From NCBI GenBank assembly GCA_963716255.1, contig OY970303.1, forward strand, positions 8,064,001-8,128,000: DNA of 64,000 bases. The letters run 5' to 3'. Each line of letters begins with the position of its first letter. Position 1 is the first letter of the stretch. The notes below the pieces were generated by a model. It had not been told where the DNA came from. It saw only the letters and a program-made list of their open reading frames with translations, and did no database searches. Source of the stretch: an uncultured Gemmatimonadales bacterium. Its GTDB lineage: Bacteria; Gemmatimonadota; Gemmatimonadetes; Longimicrobiales; Longimicrobiaceae. Of this stretch, positions 28,421 through 38,591 are shown in pieces. A program made the position numbers and the translations under genes.

Positions 28421-29415
28421 GCGCCACCAACGGTCTTCCCCGCGCCCGGGTGGTCTCCACCGGCCGCTTCAACCCGCCCCGCGTCGTCACCAACGCGGAG
28501 CTGGAAAAGACGGTGGAAACCTCGGACGAGTGGATCCGCACCCGCACCGGGATCCGCGAGCGCCGCCTCGCCGACCCCGGCGTGGGCGCCGCCGACATGG
28601 GCGCCGCCGCGGCCCGCGTCGCGCTGGAGCGCGCCGGGCTGGACGCCAAGGACGTGGACATGCTCCTGGTGTCCACCGCCACTCCGGACCGGCTGCTCCC
28701 CTCCACCGCCTGCGACATCCAGGCGCTGCTGGGGGCCTCCAACGCCGGGTCGTACGACTTCGCCACCGCCTGCTCCGGCTTCCTGTACGGGCTGTCGCTC
28801 GCCGAGGCGCACATCGCCGCGGGGCAGGCGAAGACGGTGCTGGTGATCGCCACCGAGCGCATGAGCAGCATCGTGGACTGGGGCGACCGCTCCACCTGCG
28901 TGCTGTTCGGCGACGGGGCGGGCGCCGCCGTAGTCCAGCCGGCCGAGGACGGGCGCGGCATCCTGTCCAGCTTCATGAAGTCGGACGGGACGCTGGCCGA
29001 GCTCCTCTACCGGCCCGGCGGCGGCGCCAAGATCCCCTTCGACATCGCGGTGCTCGACGAGAAGTCGCACCTGGTGAAGATGGCGGGCCCCGAGGTGTTC
29101 AAGGCCGCGGTGCGCTCCATGTGCGAGGCCGCCGAGCAGGCGCTGAAGCGCGCCGGCGTCACCTCCGAGGACATCGACCTCCTCGTGCCGCACCAGGCGA
29201 ACAACCGGATCATCGAGGCCACGGCCAAGTACGCCGGGATCCCCATGGACAAGGTGTTCGTCAACGTGGACCGCTACGGCAACATGAGCTCCGCCTCGGT
29301 GCCGGTGGCGCTGGACGAGGCGGTGGAGCAGGGACGGATCGTGGAGGGATCGCTGGTGCTGATGGTGGCCTTCGGCGCCGGCTTCACGTGGGCCGCCAAC
29401 GTGGTGCGGATGTGA
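28417..29415 (+). CDS. fabH: 3-oxoacyl-ACP synthase III
   Basis: WIRTRTGI, ACSGF, FGDGAGA, PHQAN, GNMSSAS. Confidence 0.96.
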   Translation: MSATNGLPRARVVSTGRFNPPRVVTNAELEKTVETSDEWIRTRTGIRERRLADPGVGAADMGAAAARVALERAGLDAKDVDMLLVSTATPDRLLPSTACDIQALLGASNAGSYDFATACSGFLYGLSLAEAHIAAGQAKTVLVIATERMSSIVDWGDRSTCVLFGDGAGAAVVQPAEDGRGILSSFMKSDGTLAELLYRPGGGAKIPFDIAVLDEKSHLVKMAGPEVFKAAVRSMCEAAEQALKRAGVTSEDIDLLVPHQANNRIIEATAKYAGIPMDKVFVNVDRYGNMSSASVPVALDEAVEQGRIVEGSLVLMVAFGAGFTWAANVVRM

Positions 29416-30362
29416 GCGCGGACGAGAGGGTCGGGCTGCTCTTCCCCGGGCAGGGGTCGCAGTCCGTGGGGATGGGCCGGGAGCTGGCGGAGCGCCACCC
29501 CGAGGCCCGCGAAGCCTTCCAGGAGGCCGACGACGCGCTGGGCTTCGCGCTGTCGCGGCTGTGCTGGGAGGGTCCGGAAGACGAGCTGACGCTGACCGTC
29601 AACGCGCAGCCCGCGCTGCTGGTGCACAGCTACGCCGCCTGGCGCGTGCTGCGCGCGGCCGGGGTGGAGCCCACGGTGGCCGCCGGGCACTCGCTGGGCG
29701 AGCTCAGCGCCTACCTGGCCGCCGGCAGCATGGGCTTCGCGGACGCGGTGCGCGCCGTGCGCCGCCGCGGCGAGCTGATGCTCCAGGCCGGGCAGGCGCG
29801 CCCCGGGACCATGGCCGCCGTCCTCGGCCTGGACGACGAGGTGGTGGAGGGCGTCTGCCACGAGGCGAGCACCGCCGGCAGCGTGGTGGTGGCCGCCAAC
29901 TTCAACACCCCCGGGCAGGTCGTCGTCTCCGGCGACGTGGACGCGGTCGGGCGCGCCAGCGCGCTCCTGGTCTCCGCCGGCGCCAAGAAGGTCAGCGCCC
30001 TCAACGTGTCCGGCGCCTTCCACTCGCCGCTCATGGCCCCCGCCGAGGAAGGGCTCCGCGCCCACCTGGACGGGGTGGAGTTCGCCGCGCCCGCCTTTCC
30101 CGTCGTTTCCAACGTCACCGCCAGCCCGGTCACCGACGCGGCCGAGGCGAAGCTGCTGCTGGTGCAGCAGCTCACCTCCACCGTGCGCTGGACGGACTCG
30201 GTGCGCACCATGCTCCAGCTGGGCGTGACGCGCTTCCTGGAGGTGGGGCCGGGCAAGGTGCTCACGGGGATGCTCAAGCGCATCGACCGGGCGGCGGAGG
30301 GGCGCGGCGTCGCGCTGGGAACTCCCGAGGCGATCGAGACCTTCCTTCAGCAGAGGGGATGA
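29412..30362 (+). CDS. fabD: Malonyl-CoA:ACP transacylase
   Basis: FPGQGSQ, GHSLGE, VSGAFHS, EVGPGKVL. Confidence 0.96.
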   Translation: MSADERVGLLFPGQGSQSVGMGRELAERHPEAREAFQEADDALGFALSRLCWEGPEDELTLTVNAQPALLVHSYAAWRVLRAAGVEPTVAAGHSLGELSAYLAAGSMGFADAVRAVRRRGELMLQAGQARPGTMAAVLGLDDEVVEGVCHEASTAGSVVVAANFNTPGQVVVSGDVDAVGRASALLVSAGAKKVSALNVSGAFHSPLMAPAEEGLRAHLDGVEFAAPAFPVVSNVTASPVTDAAEAKLLLVQQLTSTVRWTDSVRTMLQLGVTRFLEVGPGKVLTGMLKRIDRAAEGRGVALGTPEAIETFLQQRG

Positions 30363-31096
30363 TGGAGCTACAGGGACAGGTGGCGCTGGTGACGGGCGGC
30401 TCGCGTGGAATCGGTCTTGCGGTCGCCACGGAGCTCGCCTCGGCGGGAGCGCGCGTGGCGGTGGTGGCGCGCGACGAGGCACGGGCGCAGGCCGCCGCGG
30501 CGGGGCTGCCGGGCGAGGGGCACCGCGGGTACGCCGTGGACGTGGCGGAATCCGAGGCGGTCAACGCCCTGGTGAAGCGCGTGGAGGAGGAGATGGGGAG
30601 CCTGGACGTCCTAGTGAACAACGCCGGCGTAACCCGCGACAACGTCCTCATGCGCATCAAGGACGAGGACTGGGACGCGGTGGTGGACACCAACCTGAGG
30701 GGCGCCTTCAACACCATCCGCGCCGCGTCGCGCGGGATGATGAAGCGCCGTGCCGGCCGCGTGATCAACATCAGCAGCGTGGTGGGGATCACCGGCAACA
30801 AGGGGCAGGCGAACTACGCGGCCTCCAAGGCGGGGCTGATCGGGCTGACCAAGTCGGTGGCGAAGGAGCTCGCTTCGCGCGGGGTCCTTGTCAACGCGGT
30901 CGCGCCGGGATATATCGAGACCGACATGACGTCGGACCTCCCCGAGGCCGCCCGCGAGGCGCTCTCGTCGCAGATCGCGCTGGGCCGGCTGGGGAGGCCG
31001 GAGGACATCGCGCCGGTGGTCCGCTTCCTCGCGGGGCCGGGCGCCGCGTACATGACCGGGCAGGTGCTGGTCGTGGACGGCGGGATGGTGATGTAA
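30359..31096 (+). CDS. fabG: 3-oxoacyl-ACP reductase
   Basis: TGGSRGIG, NNAGVTRD, YAASKAG. Confidence 0.96.
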   Translation: MMELQGQVALVTGGSRGIGLAVATELASAGARVAVVARDEARAQAAAAGLPGEGHRGYAVDVAESEAVNALVKRVEEEMGSLDVLVNNAGVTRDNVLMRIKDEDWDAVVDTNLRGAFNTIRAASRGMMKRRAGRVINISSVVGITGNKGQANYAASKAGLIGLTKSVAKELASRGVLVNAVAPGYIETDMTSDLPEAAREALSSQIALGRLGRPEDIAPVVRFLAGPGAAYMTGQVLVVDGGMVM

Positions 31097-31174
31097 GGGA
31101 GGACAGGAGCGGGGAGGAGGCGGCGCCCCGACGATGCGGGAAGGCTTCACGGCAACTATCCAAGGAGAACAGCG

Positions 31175-31411
31175 ATGGCCGACATCGAGCAGAAGGTCAA
31201 GGACATCATCATCAACGAGCTGGGCGTGGACGCGGAGAAGGTCACGCCCGAGGCTTCCTTCGTGGAGGACCTGGGCGCCGACTCGCTGGACACGGTCGAG
31301 CTGGTGATGGCGTTCGAGGAGGAGTTCGGGATGGAGATCCCCGACGAGGACGCGGAGAAGCTCCAGACCGTCGGCGACGCCATCACCTATATCCAGAACC
31401 ACCAGTCGTAG
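31175..31411 (+). CDS. acpP: Acyl carrier protein
   Basis: [22 protein letters not shown]. Confidence 0.98.
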   Translation: MADIEQKVKDIIINELGVDAEKVTPEASFVEDLGADSLDTVELVMAFEEEFGMEIPDEDAEKLQTVGDAITYIQNHQS

Positions 31412-31560
31412 TCGGTCAGCGGCTCGATAAACACCGCAGCTCTGCGTTGGGCTCCGGGCGGCTCCCTGCGACGTACATGAAGTACGTCCCGGTCGCCGTC
31501 CTCGCCCGCCTTGATCTGCGGCGTTTCTCTTCGCCGTGGCATTCTCGTTTGAAAAAAGAA

Positions 31561-31592
31561 CTGCTGAACGGACCTGACGGTCCGTTCAGCAG
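31561..31592. terminator. Perfect hairpin between acpP and fabF (terminator/attenuator-like)
   Basis: CTGCTGAACGGACC-TGAC-GGTCCGTTCAGCAG, A-run upstream and T-run downstream. Confidence 0.6.
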
Positions 31593-31625
31593 AATGCTTT
31601 TTACCAGTATACGGAGACGGGGCTG

Positions 31626-32873
31626 ATGAATCGCCGTGTCGTGATCACCGGGACGGGACTGGTGTCGCCCGTCGGGCTGGACGTCCAGTCGAGCTGGGCG
31701 GCCCTGCTGGAGGGGCGCAGCGGCGCCGGCCCCATCACCCACTTCGACCCGTCCGATTACCCCGTGCGCTTCGCGTGCGAGGTCAAGGACTTCGATCCCG
31801 GGCTGTACATCGACCGCAAGGAGGTCAAGCGTACCGACCGCTTCACCCAGTTCGCCATCGCCGCGGCGGTGCAGGCGGTGCGCGAGGCGGGGCTGGAGGA
31901 CGGGCTCGGCGGCGTGGACCCGGAGCGCGTGGGGGTGATCATCGGGAGCGGCATCGGCGGGATGGACACCTTCGAGGAGCAGACGCAGCGGCTCCTGGAG
32001 CGCGGCCCCGGCCGGGTGTCTCCCTTCTTCGTCCCCATGTTCATCTCGGACATCGCGGCGGGACTGGTCTCCATCCGCCTGGGCGCCAAGGGCCCCAACT
32101 ACTGCACCGTCTCCGCCTGCGCCTCGGGCGCGCACGCGGTGGGGAACGGCATGCAGGCGATCCGCCACGGCGAGGCGGACGTGATGATCTGCGGCGGCAC
32201 GGAGGCGGCGGTGTCGCGCATGGCGGTGGCGGGCTTCGCCAACATGACGGCGCTCTCCACCCGCAACGACTCGCCCGAGACGGCGAGCCGCCCCTTCGAC
32301 GGGGAGCGCGACGGGTTCGTGATCGGCGAGGGCGCGGGGATCGTGGTGCTGGAGGAGCTGGAGCACGCGCGCGCCCGCGGCGCCACCATCATCGCCGAGG
32401 TGGCCGGCTACGGCCAGACGGCGGACGCCTACCACATCACCGCCCCGGCGGAGGGCGGCGAGGGCGCGGTGCGCGCCATGCGCATCGCGCTGCGCGACGC
32501 GGGCGCGGCGCCGGAGGACGTGGACTACGTCAACGCGCACGGCACCTCCACGCCGGCCAACGACCGCAACGAGTCCATCGCCATCAGGACTGCGCTGGGC
32601 GAGCGCGCCCGGCAGATCATCGTGGGCTCCACCAAGTCCATGACCGGGCACACGCTGGGCGCGGCGGGCGGGCTGGAGGCGGTGATCTCGGCGCTGGTCT
32701 GCCGCGACGGCGTCATCCCGCCCACCATCAACTACTCCACGCCGGATCCGGACTGCGACCTGGATTACGGGACGGAGGGCAAGGTCGAACGGCCGGTGCG
32801 GCTGGCGCTCAGCAACTCGTTCGGGTTCGGCGGGCACAACGTCTGTCTCGCGATCCGACGGTTCGAGGCTTGA
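31626..32873 (+). CDS. fabF: 3-oxoacyl-ACP synthase II
   Basis: [37 protein letters not shown]. Confidence 0.97.
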   Translation: MNRRVVITGTGLVSPVGLDVQSSWAALLEGRSGAGPITHFDPSDYPVRFACEVKDFDPGLYIDRKEVKRTDRFTQFAIAAAVQAVREAGLEDGLGGVDPERVGVIIGSGIGGMDTFEEQTQRLLERGPGRVSPFFVPMFISDIAAGLVSIRLGAKGPNYCTVSACASGAHAVGNGMQAIRHGEADVMICGGTEAAVSRMAVAGFANMTALSTRNDSPETASRPFDGERDGFVIGEGAGIVVLEELEHARARGATIIAEVAGYGQTADAYHITAPAEGGEGAVRAMRIALRDAGAAPEDVDYVNAHGTSTPANDRNESIAIRTALGERARQIIVGSTKSMTGHTLGAAGGLEAVISALVCRDGVIPPTINYSTPDPDCDLDYGTEGKVERPVRLALSNSFGFGGHNVCLAIRRFEA

Positions 32874-32890
32874 CGACGGCTGTGGACTAC

Positions 32891-33025
32891 GGGTTCGGGC
32901 GTGCCCCCGGCGGGCGCCGGGGTCGGGCTTCGGCTCCGTAGAGCAGCAAACAACGCTGCTCAACGGAGTCGAGCCCCGGCAAACAGCCGCCGGGTCTCGC
33001 CCCTTCGGGCCGAAATCCCTCACGC
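32891..33025 (-). repeat. Structured intergenic element, core copy 5 (module B and REP-like hairpin to ~33170)
   Basis: Minus-strand stem GAGCAGC-GTTGTTT-GCTGCTC. Confidence 0.9.
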
Positions 33026-33172
33026 GGCATCGCGCTGGCGTCCGCGAGAGGCCCCCACCCGGCTCGCTTGAGGCTCGCCACCCTCCCCCAATGCTGGGGA
33101 AGGGCTTTTTTGTGCCTCGGTGTCGTCGTTCTCGCCTCCCCCTTGCGGGGAGGGGCCGGGGGAGGGGGTCCG

Positions 33173-34324
33173 TCAGTAGTTCAGCGTGTACAGCGCCTCC
33201 ATCTGCTTCCTGCCCACCGATGCGGGGGTGAGGCGCAGCGCGGCGTTGCGCAGGGCGCGGGCGAGCGGGTTGGTGAGGTGGACGACGCGGCCGAACCGGC
33301 GCGAGCGGTCCACCACCATGCGCGCCTTGGGCTCGCGGATGTGCTGGTACGCGGCGAAGGCGTCCTCCGGGCGCGGGTGAGACACGAGCTGTTCCGCGAG
33401 CACGTACGCGTCCTCGATGGCCTGGGCGCCGCCCTGGCCCAGGTTGGGCGTGGTGGCGTGCGCCGCGTCACCCAGCAGGACGACGCGGCCGCGGTACCAG
33501 GCGGGGAGCGCGGGGAGGTCGTACATGTCGGTGCGGAGCATGCGCTCCGTGTCGGTGGCGGCGATCAGCTCCGGGACCGGGGCGGGGAAGGGCGCCGCCA
33601 TCGCGTCCAGGCGCCTTCGGGTCTCCGCGGGCGAGGCGTCGGTCTCGCCCGCGGGAGCGTCGAGCGAGGCGTACCAGTACGCCTCCCCGTGGCCGACGGC
33701 GGAGAAGCCGAAGCGGCGACCGGGACCCCAGACCTCCCATCCCACCCCGTCGAAGCCGTCCGGCAGCCGGAACGGCGTCACCGCGCGGTACGAGCTCTGC
33801 CCCGAGTAGCGGAGCCGCGCCCCGGGCGCGACCGCCTCCCGCACCCGCGAGTGGGCGCCGTCCGCGCCCACCACCACCTCCGCTCGCACCTCGCTCCCGT
33901 CCGCGAAGCACACCCGCGCGCCTCCTTCCTCCGGCACCACCTCGCGGCACTCCCTCCCGACGCGCACCGCGTCCGCGGGGAGCGCGTCCAGCAGCACCCG
34001 GTGCAGCCGCCCGCGGTGGATCGCCACGTTGGGGTAGCCGAAGCCGCGCGCCATGTCTCCCACGTCGGCGCGCTGGAGGACGCCGGCGCGATGATCCCGC
34101 AGCTCCGCGCGCTCCAGCCGCGCCCCCTCGCACATCACCGCCTCCGCCAGCCCCAGCCGCCCGAGCACCTGCATGGCGTTCGGCGGCACCCAGATCCCCG
34201 CGCCGATGGGGCGCAGCTCCGCCGCGGCCTCGTAGACCGGCGCCACGGTCCCCCGCCGACGCAGCGCGACCGCGAGCGTCAGCCCGCCGATCCCGCCGCC
34301 CACGATCACCACTCGCTCGCGCAT
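33173..34324 (-). CDS. FAD-dependent monooxygenase (UbiH/salicylate hydroxylase family)
   Basis: IVGGGIGG, VGADGAHS, LLGDAAHATTPNLGQGG. Confidence 0.92.
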   Translation of the reverse strand: MRERVVIVGGGIGGLTLAVALRRRGTVAPVYEAAAELRPIGAGIWVPPNAMQVLGRLGLAEAVMCEGARLERAELRDHRAGVLQRADVGDMARGFGYPNVAIHRGRLHRVLLDALPADAVRVGRECREVVPEEGGARVCFADGSEVRAEVVVGADGAHSRVREAVAPGARLRYSGQSSYRAVTPFRLPDGFDGVGWEVWGPGRRFGFSAVGHGEAYWYASLDAPAGETDASPAETRRRLDAMAAPFPAPVPELIAATDTERMLRTDMYDLPALPAWYRGRVVLLGDAAHATTPNLGQGGAQAIEDAYVLAEQLVSHPRPEDAFAAYQHIREPKARMVVDRSRRFGRVVHLTNPLARALRNAALRLTPASVGRKQMEALYTLNY

Positions 34325-34504
34325 CTCCGCCTCCGCCGCGGGTCTCGTCCGTGCCCGGTGGACAGGGTAAAGCGGACGGACGGCGACGGCAACGGCCCCC
34401 CTCACCCCCCGACCCCCTCTCCCACAAGGGGAGAGGGGGAGCACGACACGGAAACGGCGGGAATCGAAGCGTGGACATGCCCCTCCCCCGGAACGGGGGA
34501 TATA

Positions 34505-35892
34505 TCAGGTCGCTGAAAAACGGCAGCCTGGAGTGTGACGTGGAAAACTTCCACTCCAGAATCAGCGAAACGGGGCTTTTCCGGCGTATGGGGTGCCCGG
34601 TTTCCCGCCCGTGCAGCCATTTTCGGCGTGCACGGACGCACTGTGCCTCAGGCGAGGGCCTGCAAACCCGGCGCGAGGCGTGCCAGGCGCAGGAGGTTGT
34701 ACGCGGCGCCCACGATCAGCGCCTTCTGCGTCAGCTTCCAGCGATCCACGTGGCGGCTCCGACGCATCCCGCCGATCTCCTTTGCCCAGCCGAAGATCTC
34801 CTCGATCCGCTTACGCTTGCGTTGCGAGAGGGCGTACTCCGGCGTACCCATCCGCTCTCGGGCTCGGCTGCGCGCTTCGGCTCCCTTGGCGTCCGGGTCG
34901 ATCGGCCCCTCCGGGATCGGCACGTGCGCGCTCACACCGTCCTGATAGGCTGCCTGGAGGAACGGGCCACTGGGATAGCCCCCATCCAGCCCCACCGTGC
35001 GCTCCACCGGCAAGTCGTGCCGAATCCGGCTGCGCTCCAGCAGCAGGAGTGCCTGGTCGCGCTCGCCCGTCCCGTCGGCCTCCACCACGCTGACGTCGAT
35101 GAGCAGCCCGTGCCGGTTCTCCATCAGCGCGTTCAGCAGATGGCACAGCCGCGCCGGCACTCCCTTGCTCTTGGTCGCCAGGCGCGCCTCGGGGTCCGTG
35201 AGCGAGCGGTGCGTCGCGTTGGTCCGCTTCTCTTTGCGGAAGTTCACCGAGGGATTGCTCGTGTCGCCGTCCTTCGAGCCGTCGCTGACCTTCTCGTCCG
35301 GGCTGCCGATCTTGCGCAGGCTCTTCATCGAGGCATAGCTCTCGATCAGGCTGCCATCGATCGAGAAGTGCTCCTGGCTCGCCAGTTCCTCCAGGTACGC
35401 CCCCTCGATGATCCGCTCGAAGAAGGTGCGCACCAGCCCGTGCTTCTCGAACCGATCCCGGTTCTGCGTGAACGTGGTCGCATCCCACACCCCCGCATGC
35501 GGCTCCAGGTCCAGGAACCACCGGTAAGCCAAGTTCACTCCGATCTGCTCCACCAGCATCCGCTCCGAACGGATCGAGTGCAGCGCCTGAAGCAGCAGCG
35601 CCTTCAGCAGCATCTCCGGCGGGATACTCGCCCGTCCCAGAGCCGCGTAGGCGCGGTCGAACTCCGGACTCATCCCGGCCAGCACCGCATCGGCTCGCGC
35701 CTTGACCGCCCGCAGCGGATGCGTAGGCGAGAGCAGGCTCTCCGGATCGTAGAACATCCACATCGCGTGCTGCTGGCTGACTCGTCCGCGCATCGTGGCT
35801 GCTCCCCGAGAGTGTGAGGACAGGTTTTCCCCAATCTACGACGCCACACCCTCGCGCGCACGCGCGTGCGCACAAGCTTTTCAGCAACCTGA
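34505..35892 (-). mobile_element. IS5-family insertion sequence
   Basis: Terminal IRs TCAGGTCGCTGAAAA / TCAGGTTGCTGAAAA (rc), each flanked by TA; single transposase ORF; interrupts a module-B repeat. Confidence 0.88.
34648..35793 (-). CDS. IS5-family DDE transposase
   Basis: GRASIPPEMLLKALLLQALHSIRSERML, FSIDGSLIES, DGGY, RKRIEEIFGWAK. Confidence 0.92.
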   Translation of the reverse strand: MRGRVSQQHAMWMFYDPESLLSPTHPLRAVKARADAVLAGMSPEFDRAYAALGRASIPPEMLLKALLLQALHSIRSERMLVEQIGVNLAYRWFLDLEPHAGVWDATTFTQNRDRFEKHGLVRTFFERIIEGAYLEELASQEHFSIDGSLIESYASMKSLRKIGSPDEKVSDGSKDGDTSNPSVNFRKEKRTNATHRSLTDPEARLATKSKGVPARLCHLLNALMENRHGLLIDVSVVEADGTGERDQALLLLERSRIRHDLPVERTVGLDGGYPSGPFLQAAYQDGVSAHVPIPEGPIDPDAKGAEARSRARERMGTPEYALSQRKRKRIEEIFGWAKEIGGMRRSRHVDRWKLTQKALIVGAAYNLLRLARLAPGLQALA

Positions 35893-35962
35893 TAGAGGGC
35901 GAGCCGTGCGAGCCTCAAGCGAGCCGGGTGGGGGGGCCCCCGCGGACGCCAGCGCGATGCCC

Positions 35963-36097
35963 GCGTGAGGGATTTCGGCCCGAAGGGGCGAGACCGCGCG
36001 GCTGTTTGCGCGGGCTCGACTCCGTTGCAGACGGTTGTTTCGTCTGCTACGGAGCCGAAGCCCGACCCCGGCGCCAGCCGGGGACACGCCCGAACCC
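35963..36097 (+). repeat. Structured intergenic element, core copy 6
   Basis: Variable stem GCAGACG-GTTGTTT-CGTCTGC. Confidence 0.9.
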
Positions 36098-36211
36098 TGC
36101 AGTTCCGCCCTTCGAGCCGTCCGAAGTTGCTCCAGCCTTTCACGGGGCATTATTGTTGCTCGCCGCGCGACCGCGCGGAACTGGACGACCTACGAGAACG
36201 GACACGGGGGA

Positions 36212-36727
36212 ATGCGGATCGGCAACGGATACGACTCGCATCGCTTCGCCGCGGGGCGCAAGCTGATCCTGGGCGGCGTGGAGATCCCGTCCGAGCGGGG
36301 GCTGGACGGCCACTCCGACGCCGACGCCGTGGCGCACGCCGTCACCGACGCGCTGCTGGGCGCCACCGGGCTGGGCGACATCGGCCGCCACTTCCCTCCC
36401 TCCGACGCGCGCTACAAGGACGCCGACTCCATGCAGCTGCTGGCCGCGGTGGTCCGGCTGCTGGAAGGGCGCAACTTCCAGCCGGTGAACGTGGACGTGA
36501 CCGTGATCGCGGAGGCGCCCAGGATCGGGCCGCACGCGGACGCCATGCGCGAGCGGCTGGCGGCGACGCTGGGGATCGCGCCGGACCACGTGTCGGTGAA
36601 GGGAAAGACCAACGAGGGGATGGGGTGGATCGGGCGGGGCGAGGGCATCGCGGTGATGGCCGTGGCGCTGGTGGACCGCATGGAGGGGATGGACGCCTTC
36701 CTGGCGCGCGAGCGGGCGGCGGACTGA
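36212..36727 (+). CDS. ispF: 2-C-methyl-D-erythritol 2,4-cyclodiphosphate synthase
   Basis: RIGNGYDSH, GHSDAD, GDIGRHFP, KGKTNEG. Confidence 0.96.
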   Translation: MRIGNGYDSHRFAAGRKLILGGVEIPSERGLDGHSDADAVAHAVTDALLGATGLGDIGRHFPPSDARYKDADSMQLLAAVVRLLEGRNFQPVNVDVTVIAEAPRIGPHADAMRERLAATLGIAPDHVSVKGKTNEGMGWIGRGEGIAVMAVALVDRMEGMDAFLARERAAD

Positions 36728-36760
36728 TGCCCGCGGCCCGGCCGGGCGGGAGGACGCGCC

Positions 36761-37390
36761 GTGGGTGACGGCGTCGACGCGCTCCTCCAGCGCATGACGC
36801 AGCTCCCGGAGCTGCTGGTGTACGTGGTCGTGGGGCTGTTCGCCGCGGTGGAGAACGTGTTCCCGCCCGTCCCCGCGGACGTGGTCGCCCTGTTCGGCGG
36901 CTTCCTGGCCGGCAACGGCGCCGCGAACCCCTGGATCGTCTTCGGGGTGGTGTGGCTCGCCAACGTCGCGGGGGCGCTGCTGGTGTACTGGATCGGGCGG
37001 CGCTACGGCGAGCGCTTCTTTTCCACGCGCGTGGGGCGCCTGATCCTCCAGCCGCAGCAGCTCCAGAAGCTGGACGCCTTCTACCGGCGGCGGGGGACCA
37101 TCGTGATCTTCGTCAGCCGCTTCCTGCCCATGTTCCGCGCCGTGGTGCCGGCCTTCGCGGGGATGAGCGGCATCTCGCTCAAGGAGGCGGCGGTGCCGGT
37201 GCTGGTGGCCTCCGGGCTCTGGTACGGGCTGGTGGTGTACGTGGGCGCCACCGCGGGGCAGAACTGGGAGGCGATCCGCGCCGGGCTGGAGGCGCTGGGG
37301 CGGTGGATCTACCTGGTGGCGCTGGTGCTGCTGGCCGTGGTGGCGTGGCTCTGGTGGCGCAGCCGCGACCGATCCGGCGCCGCGGCGTGA
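36761..37390 (+). CDS. DedA family membrane protein
   Basis: ENVFPPVPAD, YWIGRRYG, SRFLPMFR. Confidence 0.92.
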   Translation: MGDGVDALLQRMTQLPELLVYVVVGLFAAVENVFPPVPADVVALFGGFLAGNGAANPWIVFGVVWLANVAGALLVYWIGRRYGERFFSTRVGRLILQPQQLQKLDAFYRRRGTIVIFVSRFLPMFRAVVPAFAGMSGISLKEAAVPVLVASGLWYGLVVYVGATAGQNWEAIRAGLEALGRWIYLVALVLLAVVAWLWWRSRDRSGAAA

Positions 37391-37409
37391 GGCGGGGCGG
37401 GGCGGCGGC

Positions 37410-38318
37410 GTGAGCACCGAGGACATCCGCCGCGAGTTCCAGGTGGCGCGCTTCGTGGACCACCTGCGCTTCGAGCGCGGCCTTTCGGACCTGACGGTGC
37501 AGGCGTACGAGCACGACGTCGTACGGCTGGCGTCGTTCTCGCGCACGCTGGACCGCATCACCCCGGCGGAGGTGACCACGCAGGACCTGCGCGCCTTCGT
37601 CCTCCTCCTCAAGGACGTGGGGCTGGCGCCCTCGAGCATCGCCCGCAACGTGTCGGCGGTGAGGACGTACTTCGGCTTCCTGCTGGCGGAGAGCCTGGTG
37701 GTCGCGGATCCCAGCGAGCGCATCGAGCCGCCGCGCGGCTGGAAGACGCTCCCCTCGGTCCTCAGCGTCGCCGAGATCGAGAAGCTGCTGGACGCGCCCG
37801 ACCTGTCGCAGCCGCTCGCCTGGCGCGACCGGGCCATGCTGGAGTTCGCCTACGCCAGCGGGGTGCGCGTTTCCGAGCTGATCGGCCTGCAGGTGCGCAA
37901 CCTGGCGCTCCAGGACGAGTTCGCGCTCGTCTACGGCAAGGGCGGCAAGGAGCGGCTGGTGCCCATCGGGCGGCGGGCCGTGGGGGCGCTCGCCATCTAC
38001 CTGCGCGAGACGCGGCCGCGGCTGGAGAAGGGGAGCGGCGAGGGGCGCGTGTTCCTGAACGCCCGGGGAACGCCCCTCAGCCGCATGGGGGTATGGAAGA
38101 TCCTGCGCCAGCACGTGGAGGCGGCGGGGATCGCCAAGCACGTGTCGCCGCACACGCTGCGGCACTCGTTCGCCACGCACCTGCTGGAGGGCGGGGCGGA
38201 CCTGGTGGCCGTACAGGAAATGCTGGGGCACGCGGACATCTCCACCACGCAGATCTACACGCACGTGGACCGCCGGTATTTGGCCGAGGTGCACCGTAGC
38301 TTTCATCCGCGTGCCTGA
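37410..38318 (+). CDS. xerD: Site-specific tyrosine recombinase XerD
   Basis: RDRAMLEFAYASGVRVSEL, GKGGKER, HTLRHSFATH, LGHADISTTQIY. Confidence 0.92.
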   Translation: MSTEDIRREFQVARFVDHLRFERGLSDLTVQAYEHDVVRLASFSRTLDRITPAEVTTQDLRAFVLLLKDVGLAPSSIARNVSAVRTYFGFLLAESLVVADPSERIEPPRGWKTLPSVLSVAEIEKLLDAPDLSQPLAWRDRAMLEFAYASGVRVSELIGLQVRNLALQDEFALVYGKGGKERLVPIGRRAVGALAIYLRETRPRLEKGSGEGRVFLNARGTPLSRMGVWKILRQHVEAAGIAKHVSPHTLRHSFATHLLEGGADLVAVQEMLGHADISTTQIYTHVDRRYLAEVHRSFHPRA

Positions 38319-38328
38319 GCGCTTCGGC

Positions 38329-38475
38329 GGGATCTTGCGTTGGGGCCGCTCCGGAGCCGGACGATACGGCCGTCCGTCTCCTGCGCGGGTCGCGGAGCCC
38401 CGGGAAACTGCCCCCGGGTCTCCGCTCCGGCTCCGCGAGACTCGCGCAAACGGCCGCGCGAGTCTCCCTCCGCAA
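38329..38475 (-). repeat. Diverged relative of the structured element (copy 12; three GYNGTHT-loop hairpins)
   Basis: Minus strand: TTGCGGAGGGA...GAGACTCGCGC-GGCCGTTT-GCGCGAGTCTC...CCCGGG-GGCAGTTT-CCCGGG...CGGACG-GCCGTAT-CGTCCG...ACGCAAGATCCC. Confidence 0.7.
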
Positions 38476-38591
38476 CGGATGTGGGGGGTACTGCGGAACG
38501 GCGACGGCAGGGAACGGCAACGGCACGTCGCCCCGTCAAACGAGGATGGGTCATGAACATCCAGGTCTCCGCCGGGCAGGCGAGGTGGTCC

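Noticed and set aside
37410..38318. Tyrosine recombinase as a prophage or island integrase
   Set aside because: Sequence and context (ispF-dedA...trpG) fit housekeeping XerD, with no att sites or phage genes nearby.
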